A DNA stretch of 63,950 bases, filler included, from Sphacelaria rigidula (taxonomy: Eukaryota), in assembly GCA_964200075.2 (NCBI GenBank). It is 5 parts of 5 records of this genome, joined end to end, with 100 filler letters (N's around TTAATTAATTAA, not from the genome) between each part and the next. Parts side by side here need not be neighbours in the genome. Positions count along the whole stretch, not along the records: positions 1 to 12,711 come from CAXNAA020003482.1; positions 12,812 to 25,522 come from CAXNAA020003483.1; 3 more parts are not named here. One strand, given 5' to 3'. The notes below the pieces were generated by a model. It was not told the origin of the DNA. It was given only the letters and a program-made list of their open reading frames with translations, and searched no databases. Of the stretch, positions 11,658 to 22,949 are shown one piece after another (positions within the stretch are counted from its first letter, which is position 1; each line of letters starts with the position of its first letter). A program made the position numbers and the translations under genes.

Positions 11658-12255
11658 GCTTCTGTTACTTGTCGCGTGATCGAGTCTGCGTGGCTTCCCA
11701 CTGCCAGCTCGAACGTAAAAAAGTATCTTGTGCTGAATACTTCAAACCTCAAATTTCATGCTCGCTTGCTTTCCATCCATGTATGATGTATGATGCACAC
11801 CTACCGAGTCTAAAGGTAAAAGAGCTACCGCTCCGTGTACCCAGAGAGGCACAAAAAAACCCAAGGTAAAGAGAGTGGTGCACAACGCTGTTGGGGAGAC
11901 GAACAGTTTCTTCCTCATGAAAACCTGCGTAGGTGCACCTGCAAACAGTTCCATGCGCATTGTTTTCTAATAAGAACAATAACGCGTCGATTTATGTTCC
12001 GTTCTCCGTGGATTGCCCGATGCATATCCCCGATCTGTTTGGTGGTGCTGTCTGACACTATCTTCGTACCTTTGACCCGAACCGAAACGGCCACCTTCCC
12101 TTAGGTCCTGTGAGTCGTTTTAATTTCTTGGATGCTGTTGGAAAAAAGATTATGTTCAGCTTTCGTACCTGTACCGCAAAGAACTTGGGTGCATTTTAGC
12201 AGACGCGAGTAAGTACGGTGGTAAAGCAAGGAAAGGTAGCTATAATCGGGTTTGC

Positions 12256-12405
12256 CTGCCGTACTGCCGACAGCGTCGCGTGAAAGCCACAAGACCCTTG
12301 CTGTCGGCGGTTGATGGCGTGGGTCTCGAATGCAACCACATTCGGTTGGTCGTAGAGCACTCTCGTCTCTCCTCCCAGCTTGTTGTAATAGTAATGCATG
12401 ACCTC
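12256..12405 (-). CDS. Candidate internal exon of an unknown gene
   Basis: tcag acceptor, 150 nt open (EVMHYYYNKLGGETRVLYDQPNVVAFETHAINRRQQG...), GC donor. Frame not determined; no homology recognised. Confidence 0.3.
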
Positions 12406-12711
12406 CTGACATCGGAATAATTATTAGATTATTATGGGAAGCTACTACTCGTACTGTTGTACCTGTTATTTCTTAGGTGCTCAGGCGGCCAGCGTGTGCT
12501 GCAGATTGCGGCATGGGCGGACTCTTACGCGTCACGCGAGCAACAGTTAGGTCACCACCATGTGTTATCGTGTTGTCGTCCCATTTATTGTGGGATCCAG
12601 TCTACACCTTTCTGTATATGGGGGCGCATCAGCCGGGGTCACGCAGGAGGAAGGTGGGGTGTGTGCCTTTACCCAGCCATGTTCTGTATCGCGCGAGTGA
12701 TGGGTCCGGGT

Positions 12712-12811
12712 NNNNNNNNNNNNNNNNNNNNNNNNNNNNNNNNNNNNNNNNNNNNTTAATTAATTAANNNNNNNNNNNNNNNNNNNNNNNNNNNNNNNNN
12801 NNNNNNNNNNN
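12712..12811. other. Artificial contig linker N44-TTAATTAATTAA-N44
   Basis: Identical 100-bp spacer with six-frame stop codons, repeated every ~12811 bp. Confidence 0.98.
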
Positions 12812-12831
12812 GGCGGGCTGGCGCGCGGGGT

Positions 12832-12869
<38 letters not shown>

Positions 12870-12870
<1 letters not shown>

Positions 12871-12966
12871 CGACTCATGATCGTGCATGCCGTAGTCATA
12901 TGACCCGTGACTTCGCATCCCCACGAAGCCGGGACGGAGCACGCCGGGTTCTCGCCGAACCAGGCT
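12870..12966 (+). repeat. Interspersed repeat, G-run/TACTCAT family B (short copy)
   Basis: Homologous to 15800-15900, 23085-23165, 51245-51305 (rc) and 61505-61600 (rc). Confidence 0.75.
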
Positions 12967-13499
12967 CTTTGCTGCCCTGAATTATTTGGGCTTCACCACT
13001 TCTGTAGTCTGCATCCTTCTCCCTACACATGTGTTCTTTCCTGGCGGTGTAAGCCAGTAGTGACGCCTCGCTTTATTGCCATTATCCATGGTGTGCAAAA
13101 TTCCAAGGGTCGGACAAATGAATAATGATTCGTCTTAAAATTACTTGCTTTTCGTGTAATATGATTCGTACCGTACGAATCAATCCTTGGGCTTTGTTTT
13201 TGGCATATCGCCCCAGGTACGCGCATCCCAGGCACGTGGAATAGTGCAACAACTGCCCAGAGAATGTTCCGACCCGACGGTCCACCTTCTACACTCTTTC
13301 GAGCACTCAGGCCAAATGAATTTCTAGGTTGCGCGGTTCTAAGCAGCCATGATTCCTTCGACCCTTGGAGGGTGAATATCCAAAATCGTGCGGTCGCAGT
13401 AGTTGAGCCAAAGCCTTTTCACAACGCCTTTTGTTTTTTCGATTGGGTATGAGTGTTGTTGTGCGTAAGACCGTTTCCGCCGAAGCCATGTGGCAGAGA

Positions 13500-13728
13500 C
13501 CGACCGTTTCTAATTATTTTCTATATTATATATTTTTCATCATGTCTTCTATTTTTTTCTTCGTCTCCAACTCTATTTGTTCCGTTCTACCTTTTCTGTT
13601 TTTTTTTTTCTTCGGCGAGTCCTCCAGTTTTGGTTTGTCCCGGGTAAGTCCACCATGTGACCACGGCTGGATCCCTAGGGGTCACTTAAAGTTCGACAAT
13701 CACTTAATCAATCAATCGACCAATCAAG
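13500..13728 (+). mobile_element. 3' end of a non-LTR retroposon with (AATC)n tail
   Basis: T-rich tract, then CCATGTGACCACGGCTGGATCCCTAGGGGTCACTTAAAG..ACAATC and AATC repeats; same family as 10283-10420. Confidence 0.65.
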
Positions 13729-14214
13729 ATCGGCCCCGCAATCAATCACCAAGCGCGAAGCGCCGTGATGTGTTCGGCGCGTCGCACCAAGGGTGAGCTC
13801 TGCATCCTGCTAAGATCGTTGGGCCCAAAGCGAAGTGATTGCTCGTGCACATGGATCACAGCCTCCAATGAGCTACGTAATTTTTCTGCTCGCCACTTCC
13901 ATAGACAGCCACGGGTTTCACACTGCCCCACGAGTGTCTCACGGCAGAGGGGGGAAGGGCGTACTCATTAGTTGCTTGCCTTAGTCGTTTGACCATTGAC
14001 CACGCATCCCTTTCGAGACGGAGCAAGGGGGGGGGGGGAAGGTATTCCAAACGTTGGACAGCTCAAGAGCTACCTAAAACTCCTACTCGACTAGCACTCT
14101 CAGATCCCTTTTCCAACAGCACAAAATACGTGACAGTAGGGGTCCGAGAAGCCAAGACGCCACCTTTGCGATACTCTTCTTGCTCGGCGTCCAGCGCTGT
14201 AGGGAGAAAATATG

Positions 14215-14419
14215 CAAGGGCAGGTTGAGTAGAGTATACTCAATTGCGGGGCATTTTGAAAGACGCGCTTGAGGCACTCAAATTAGGGTAGAGTTTGAGG
14301 AGTCGTACCCCCAAAATAACTGGGAAGCGATCCCTACAACCTTACCCCCAATTTGGGTACTATAAGTGCGACTTTTAAAATACCCCGCAATTGAGTATGC
14401 TCTACTCGACCTACCCTTG
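14215..14419. mobile_element. hAT-type palindromic MITE
   Basis: Termini CAAGGG...CCCTTG, long imperfect inverted arms, perfect 8-bp TSD AAAATATG (14207-14214 and 14420-14427). Confidence 0.9.
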
Positions 14420-15188
14420 AAAATATGGGAAAGGGGGCCGAATGAGCTATCGCAGCTCATGATCCCGATCAGCACATTAATAACGAGCAATACATAATAT
14501 TGAGGTACTGTAGTTCATGAGCCGTCCAACACGTGAAACATTCACAAAATTCCCGCCCCGAAAAAATCCATGTCGACACGTCTGTCCGTGGGGTGGGGCA
14601 GCAGAAGGGTACTTGGAATTGTCATTCTTCATGTTTTATGTTGATGTCTTTGTTCTTCACTTTCCCCTTTATTGCCAAACGTTCAATATAATACCCCTGC
14701 CCCTTGCACAGGATGAATCAGTCATTTAGTCTTACAGATTCAACCGTGTACAGTACAGTAAAACCAGCACGTGAACCGTTCGCTGTCCAGTACAGTACGG
14801 AAGCAATCCAACGCCCCGCCGCCTAGATTGAAAAAAAAAAAACGATGAAATTAGAATACATATGGGGAAAAAAACCAAGACAATCCAACTATTTATCTAT
14901 CAGATGAAAAAAAAAACACTTCAGAGCAGAAAAGAACACATGCACATCATGCAAGATCACCTGAAAAATACAAAAGTCCTTTCTTCAAGACATTTAATTC
15001 AGGATACACGGGAGAATAATTCCAATCTAGAGTAATCACAACCTGGACAATACATGGTCACGAGATGCAATAGGCCTATACTGTATGCAGTACATTTCTC
15101 GTCTATTACATCCATTGACCATATACTATCCAAGGTGTGAAAGAAGTACACACATTGGAACACACAAAAAAAATGAACGCAAAATAAC

Positions 15189-18100
15189 CTGGACATGTCC
15201 GGCTCCTCCTCTCCCGCCCCAGCGCCCACCGCCTCCCCAACATCCCCCCCGTCAGACAACGACGCGCTCGACTTGTCGCCAGTCGAGGCGGCCCCAGAAC
15301 TCCCCGCAGTCGGGGACGGCAACGACGACGGCGAGGAAGCGGAAAACGAAGAAGCGGCGGCAGCGGCCAGAGCGGCTGGGGTAGCGAGCAATGCGTTCGG
15401 GTGAGAGCTGGCGACGCGCAGCAGCTCGTGCACGTGACGCTTAACGAAGGACAGGCGATGGGCATCGTCCGCCGTTCGCGTGTGAAGCCGCACGGAGCGA
15501 GATCTGGAATTGGCAAATGGAGGAGGAGCGGGAAAATAGGGGGGGAAGGGTGTTGAGGGTGCGTGCTCAATTGCGTGCATGCTGATAGACAAACAAGAAC
15601 GAGGTTTTCTGCCGTAGTTTTCATTCGTTCTCGAGCGGTTCCGAAGGAACAGAGGGGGGCGGGAGCGTACTCATTTGTTACTTGCCTTAGTCGTGTGACC
15701 ATTGTCCACGCATCCCTTTCGAGACGGAGGTTTTCTGCCGTAGTTTTCATTCGTTCTCGAGCGGTTCCGAAGAAGGGACAGAAGGGGGGGGGGGTGGGGG
15801 GTACTCATGATATTGCATGCCATAGTCATGAGACCATTGACCTCGCGTCCCTACAACTCCGGGACGGAGCATGCCGGGTTTCCACCGGACCAGGCTCGCA
15901 GTCACCAAGTGCGAAGCTCCGTAACGTGCTCGGCGAGTCGCATGAAGGGTGGACTGCATCGTGCGAAGATTGCTCGGCCATACCCTTACTAAATAATCTG
16001 CACATGGATGACATGATATACTGAGCTACTTCATTTCCTGTTATCGCCACTTCCAGAGACAGCCACGGGTTCCACATTGCCTCACCGGTCTCTGACCATA
16101 TGAATACTACATACGAGCTGGTTCACGCTCATCACCCAAAAAACGTTCATCGGCAAAACCTCACGCCGTTTCAAGGAGATAGACCGCGAAATTTTGCACA
16201 TATATTCTATGGGTGATCACGCAACTTCCGAGGGTCGATTTTTATTCCTTTTCCACCGTTTTTTGGGGGTCCCCATATTTTCTGGAACACATCGATCCAA
16301 TCGGACCCCCGTAACGGTAAAAAAAAAAACTCTTCCTTTCAAAGGTTGCGTAGTCACTCATAGAACAGCTGTGCAGAATTTCAGGGTCTAACTCCTTAAA
16401 ACAGCGTGGCTTTTTTTTGCTTTTGTGCGATAGACCTTGGCGCACCGCGGTGAAACCGCAAACTGCTTGATTTTTGTACCAAAACGGCGTTTTTGGGTCT
16501 TCTTTGACGCGAACATGGAAATTTCAAGCATCCCTTGATCGAGCTTTGCGACGAAAATTCTAGGGGCCCTTCCTTTGCTCATGCGGCGACAAATCGTGCG
16601 CGAAAAAATGGAAAAATATATCGTACTGCCGGTTTTCCGGTGTCCCAGAATGGAGACTACTGCGAAAAACGACTTGGATCCCGTCAGACCCCCGAAAAAC
16701 GGTAAAAACGTCGAGAAGGAAAAAACCCTGGTCCATGAAAGTTGCGTAATGAAACTTAGTATATTTGTGCAAAGTTTCGAGGTCCAACTCCTAATAACGG
16801 CGTGAAGGTTTGCGCGTTTGTGGAGGACGTGGGCTTGAAACGTGCAACTCCCAACTACTTGGTTTTAGTATAGAAACGTATTTTGGGGTGAATTTCACGT
16901 CAAGGCAAGGAAAACTGTATGAGGTTTTTGAGTTTCTCCACCAAACTTTGTACATGTGTTCCTTGGACTACCTCCGGGACGCATCATTTTATTATCTGTC
17001 TTTCAAGGCATCTTGTACCGCCTTTCAGGGGTCTTCATACCGGGACCCCCGGAAGCCGGTAGAGAACGGAGAAACTATGATATATTTTCAAGGATACAGT
17101 TTCTTCCGTTTTGAGTATGAATACCTATGGAACTGCCGAGTTCGAGAGCGATCTGCGCTTTTCTACAACAGATATAGGGGACACCGTCACAAGGCTCCCT
17201 GGGTCTTTCGTGCGCATCATTAGTAGAAATTCGACGACGCCAACACCCCACGTCACCGAAACATCACGGTTTCGGTCATAATTAGACCCCCCGTAAAAAC
17301 CGTTTTAAAATATGTTGTTCTTTGTTAGATTGCCGAGCCGATGACGGTTACTACGATTTCAAGCATGTGGAGATTGGTTCAAAATTGGGCTAGGAATTCG
17401 TAATTTCGATCTCCGAACAGTTTGAAGGGCGCCGATTGGTTGAGACACATTTTCGTCCATAGTCCCACCGCTACGGCCTCAAACAAAAATCCGGCTATGT
17501 CACGCTCTTCAGCTCTCCATGGCGGTCAGTATGACATCGTGTACGCGACTATTGGGTAGGTATTGCGAAAGGCGTTTGCTGACGACACAGTTTTGGGTGA
17601 TGAGCGTGAACCAGCCTGTAGTACGATCGTCTCCTTAGCGCGGAGTTGAGGTTTCCTGACCTTGCACAACATGATCTAGCTCGACTACCATCGTAGTTAC
17701 CGCAAAAAACGCAGGCGACGAAGAAAACGTGAACTGGTTGTCTAGCTTAGGCAATGAGAGGCGTGTTTTGCAGCGTCGTTGCCGACCAACGCTAACCCTC
17801 AGAAGAGGGGTATCGGGAGGCACTGCATCGTGGGGAGAGGGGGATCAATATGCCAAGTAGCTTGGTCGATCCTTAACTCAGTACCACGGACTCGTCCCGA
17901 AGGCGGGTACGGGTAAAAACAGGGTCCGGCGAATAATAAGTTCCATGACCATGACTTGCTTCATGTATGGTGGTCAGCATCATAATTATTCCGGGTTGTT
18001 TTAGGAATTTCTCGGGTACTTACCCTTCGATAGAACTCGAAAGTGCTAGCGTCGGTAGATTTTGGTACAATGGACAGATCGTCCGCGAAACACAGTGCCC

Positions 18101-21100
18101 AAGTTAGTACTACTTGGTGTTATCGGGCGATACGAGTAGATACCCCGTTTATCACGAGGGTGTTATTGGCCGTGAAGCACAGTTTTTCAGCTCTAGTGCA
18201 ATGAGCAGGTGGAATTAAAAAATATATATATACTTCTAGTTTCTTCACGATTACAATCGGAATAGGCTCGATCGATCGAAAATACCTAGTAGTCAAAATC
18301 TGGGCTAAAAAGTGGCAGGACCCCCGATGACCGGTCAGCCCGTAAGTCACTCAATCTTGAGTACTGATGATTTTTTTTCTTGGAATGTGGAGCGGATACG
18401 AGTATCTTCAGATTCCAAATGTGATGAGCGGTGGCAAGTGGACGAGCCTAAAAAAACTGTCAATTACGAAGAAATTACATAATGAATAGTTCAGATGCTG
18501 ACTACCAAAGTGCAAATGATGCGTAGCGTACGAGTCCATCCTCGGGCTTCATTTTCAGCCTTCCATCCCGGGTACGAGCACCCCAGGGACGCGGAATGGG
18601 GCGAAAAACTTGCGTAGCGACTTCCTCGACCCCCGGCGAACCATATTATATTTTTCCAGCAATCAGGTCTCAGAAGTCGTGAATATGGAGCTTCGAACCA
18701 GCGATGATTTATGTATCCGACCGCTGAAAATAAAGGGTTCCGAGAAACACACGCACACACACTACAGCATAGCATTCCTCACCTTGTAGGTGAAAGCGGA
18801 GACGGGGTAGTCGAATACATCTGTTGTAACGCAGCGCCGGACGCCGGCGAGCCGAAGCCTCGCGGAGACGACGGTGCAACAGAAGAGGGCGACGTAGCAC
18901 GACCATGGCGTGGCGAAAGAGCACCGCCGACCCTAAAAACAATGAATCGCCCCCCCCCCCCAACACACGCGTCAAGCAAAGGTAGAACGGTTCGGGATAG
19001 AAAAAATGAGGTACATTGGGGACATGGTACAGTAGTTAGGTATCCCCACTTTCGGTTTGAAACGGAGGGCCCCAGTGAAAAAGTAGGAGTAGGTACGGTG
19101 CTCCATCTCGAAAGGGATGCGTGGTCAATGGTCAAACGACTAAGACAAGCAACAAATGAGTACGCCCCCCCAGTAAAAAAACGAGGTGGCCAGGATACGG
19201 GTACGGATACCACCTCTCCGTGTTTCAGGTACCCTGTGAGGAAAAAAAAAAGAGGGCTTTGAACACGGGGGCCCAAATCGGGGGAAATGCGGGAGTCTCC
19301 CGATTTGGGCAGAAAAGTGATGAACCAAAAGTCAGCGCCCAGAGAATCGGAGAATTGATCTGATTTCCTCAGAGCTAGGCGAAAAAAATTGCCCGACAGA
19401 CTGGGGGTGCGAAAAATTAATCCACGGGAGAAAATTGGATTTACACGGGCTGAAATCCTCATATTTGTACACATACGGATTGGTTGCCATACAAAGTGGT
19501 CTAACAGAGAAGCTTTGCTGCTTGTATACCCCGCCGCTCTGGGGAACCACGCAAGAAAGCGTGGTGTGTACTGGAACAGACGACACCATGGTGACGGTCT
19601 TGTGCTCTTTTTTTTCTTGGTTATGCAGAGTCCACCTCTACCGCCACATGTGGCCTGCCGGCTGTACATCATCTTTGCGCTGCCATGAAGCTTCAGTGTT
19701 GTGTTCACATGTACTGAATTGGAATGATCTGACTCGAAATATGAATGGGACCCAGATTACCCACCGTTGAGGCCCATGGGTGTACGTACATAGCTGGGGG
19801 CAGGACGAGTTCACACTCTTCAAAGGTTTCTTGCAATCTGGTCTATGGCGATACCCATAGATAATGGGAGCAGTGACAAGGAACGCACGGAGGGAGAGAG
19901 AAGACTACACTCTGCTGAACTGGACTGGACTGCATTGTACTGCATTGCCCTGTATTGTACAGTTGTGCCTTGTTGTTCGGTTTTGCCCATCTACATACGA
20001 CCATGTTCAGGGCGAGTCATCTGTTGAGCACTGGCATCATTTTGACTCGAAAGATGAGTGCAAGACCCGTCTTATCCACCGTCGAGGTCCAAGGGTTCAA
20101 TACCAGAGCTGGGGGCAGGACGAGCTCACGCTCTCAGAAGGTTTTTTGTAATCTGATCCATGGTGATGGATAATCGAAGCAACGGTAAGGAACGCAGGGG
20201 GGGGAATGGGAAAGAAGACCACACTCTCCTGAACTGTACTGTTCTACACCATGCTGCATCGTCCTGTGCTGTACTGAACCTTGTTCGGTTTTGTCCATCT
20301 ATATACAACCAACCACCTTCAGGGAGAGTAATTTTGCTGTGCATTGACATAATTTTGACTTGAAAGATGAATGCAAGATCCAGGTGACCCACCATAGAGG
20401 CTCACAGGTTTAACGCTTTTCAAAGATCTCGTGTAATCTGATCATTCATGGTGCCCATCGACGAAGGGAAGGAAAGCAGCGGGGGGAGAGATAAGACAAC
20501 ACTGCACTGTACTGTAGTATACCACACAACTTTTGTACTGCACAGTACTGCTGTTGTCATACTCTGTTTTAATTTCGGCTTTGTCTAAAGTCATCTCCAG
20601 GGTGGGCATCTGCATCGGAATGATATTCACTTGAAAAATGAATAATCAGTACGCCCATGAGCAATGCACCTGCGGCAGAGTATGTGATCTGCGCAGAAGG
20701 CCTTCCGGGGTTCTCTTGGAACCGGCCGGACGGATACTTAGTTTCTGACTGGCTGGCTTGATTTGTCCATCAGGAAGAGACAGGACATTTTTTGGGGGAG
20801 AATTTCCTGTATGTTTCGTGAGCGATTCGCATCTCCAACAGTAACGGTAAAATGCAATTACGTGATATGAGTATGACGAGTCGGACTTGTGATAAATGCC
20901 CTGGACCACACTGTTGTAAGACTTCTATTACTCGCAGTCAACAGATGCGAGGAATGGCCTGGAAAAAAATACGGTAACATCCCGGTGCGAAAAAAGTGTA
21001 AACCCTGACTATGACCTTTGCGCTTCAAACAGGACATAGTCGGTACTTTTGTACCGTATATTGTTGTATGTAGAAAAACGTCGGACTTGAGATACGAAAC

Positions 21101-22949
21101 CAGAGAAAGTGGTCTGTATGTCGTGTCCCCTTGTCCAATCTGATTATTCGATTGATTGATTGATCGTCGCACTTCAAGTGACCCCCCAGGTATCCAGCTG
21201 TGGTCACATTATAGTCGCCATCCGAGACAGAACAAGACTGAAGAAAAAAGACGAAGAAAAGGTAAGAGAGAACAACATAGTAAACTAAGGCGTGAAAAAT
21301 GTCGAAAACCCTCCAGAATCGACAAAAAACGTTATCCACCCACCACAATCGAACACTAAACACCCATCCATGTTTAAATATTGTTGGGGTCTCCCTCTAT
21401 TCTACTGCACATACATGATCAGTAGTGTGGTGGACACAGCATCCTCTCCATTTCACACTATAAGCATTGCCGAACGTTCGACAGAATCAAATGGAAGGGT
21501 CCATATTCCACTGGACAGACATGACAGCAACATTGGATAATCTGCGCCCGACAGAGCATATCATTACCGTTCACACTGGAGATCACCATCACAGATGTAT
21601 TTTGAACGGATTACGTGTCTACAGCATCACACCCTCTGATCTGCACCACCCGTCCATGCGGAGACTTACTACAAAGGTGCAAAGCTCAAAATAAATTTCA
21701 TGCACATAATTTCCCATAGTTGAAGTACGAAAAAAAAAAAAACGCCCAAAATCCCCCCCCCCCCACCCCACCCAAACCACAGGCCCCCCTCACAACCCCA
21801 CCCACTAGCCTCACACACANNNNNNNNNNGAAAATTTACTAAAAAGGTTAAAACATAAAAAAAAATTTTATACAAATAATTTCCCAAAATTAAAAAAAAA
21901 AAAAAAAAAAAAACCCCCAAAACCCCCCCCCCCCCCCCTCCACTTCTCCCCCCTAGTTCAGTATCTCAATATCCGTTATCGTTTAACACACAATCTATGT
22001 AGGGCGACATACAACGAAAAAAGATACAACACCGTTGATGCGGGTGTAATGAGAAAAATTGCACGGTTCGGACGGATAATCGTCGGTTCGAATCACTAGA
22101 TGCACGATTTTTCAGGCCTGATTGCTCGAACAAAAAAACAAAGTTGACCGCCGGTAAAAAACTCTCCACGCAATGTTCGCGCCATTCCACGTGCCTTGGT
22201 TGCGTGTGCCTGGCACGCAACGCTGAAAAGAAAGCCTGAGGATTGATTCATACGGTAGGAATCAATTACACTGAATTCAAGTAATATTCGCCAGATACCC
22301 GGGGGTGTTTTCGGCGGTGGTATTCAACGTGCCGGTGACAAACAGGGTGGTATTCAACGGATGGGTGACATGACACTATCCCCTCACAATGGTCTCTGTC
22401 CGCTCTTGACGTACCTTCTAGGGCTACCACCTAAGGCAGCTGCGGCCTCCTCCGAAGGCCAGACGCTGTCCACGTTGTGGACTCGTTGCGAAGTCAACCT
22501 GTAGCGCATGACCAAAAAACAAAAACGGGATTTTTCTTCAAAATAAAGGCACACACCAACATGTAACATACATGACGCATTTACAGGAATTCGTTGTGGG
22601 GTTTTTGCTTCGTCACGTAGTCAATCTACCATTATTGTATACGGAGGACAGTATGGAAAAAAAAGTACTTTTCTCATTACACAGCGTTTCCCTGGGTGCT
22701 TTTTCCCTTTTGTTTTTTTTCCCCCTACTTTTGCAGCTCATCTTCTACGAGGTATCCTGAACTTTTACACTTTCGCCCTTTTCTCGAGTTTCCTCCGGCG
22801 AGCCCTTCTGCTCTCTTACCTCGGAGCAAGTCCATCTAATGAATACGGCTGGCTTCGTAGCGCATGAGTCCATGTACGGAGTTTCAACGGGGGTATGTGC
22901 TGCGCCGAACGAGCCGAAGCATTTTTCTCGTATTGTGATACTTTTAAGC
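15189..22949 (-). CDS. Partial multi-exon gene, unknown Ser/Pro/Ala-rich protein
   Basis: Six AG..GT exons that chain in frame without stops: 22949-22820, 22498-22415, 20748-20670, 19570-19530, 18932-18783, 15503-15189 (..HIPPLKLRTWTHALRSQ..RRSHTLPQYTPRFLAWFPR..HRLSFVKRHVHELLRV..). No homology recognised; start and stop not found. Confidence 0.55.
15800..17770 (+). repeat. G-run/TACTCAT family B element split by a DNA transposon insertion
   Basis: 15800-16110 and 17621-17770 together match the uninterrupted reverse-strand copy at ~61145-61600. Confidence 0.7.
16114..17618. mobile_element. Non-autonomous Tc1/mariner-like DNA transposon (~1.5 kb)
   Basis: TIR C(A/G)(G/A)GCTGGTTCACGCTCATCACCCAAAA at both ends, TA on both flanks, no transposase ORF; diverged inverted copy at 47345-48854. 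Confidence 0.85.
19720..20645 (+). repeat. Degenerate ~310-bp tandem repeat, about 3 copies, intronic
   Basis: TGACTYGAAA.ATGA..G..A.ACC recurs at ~19731, 20043 and 20356; GCTGGGGGCAGGACGAG occurs in the first two copies; each copy ends in (ACTGN)n. Confidence 0.75.
21146..21260 (-). mobile_element. 3' end of a non-LTR retroposon with (AATC)n tail
   Basis: GATTGATTGATCGTCGCACTTCAAGTGACCCCCCAGGTATCCAGCTGTGGTCAC; same family as 10283-10420. Confidence 0.65.

Noticed and set aside
15195..15404. Plus-strand first exon MSGSSSPAP.. with a GTGAG donor
   Set aside because: Antisense shadow of minus-strand exon 15503-15189, which chains in phase with five upstream exons.
21725..21950. A/C homopolymer-rich stretch as a functional element
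   Set aside because: It flanks a small N gap and looks like low-quality sequence; 12812-12868 and 49270-49325 look similar.
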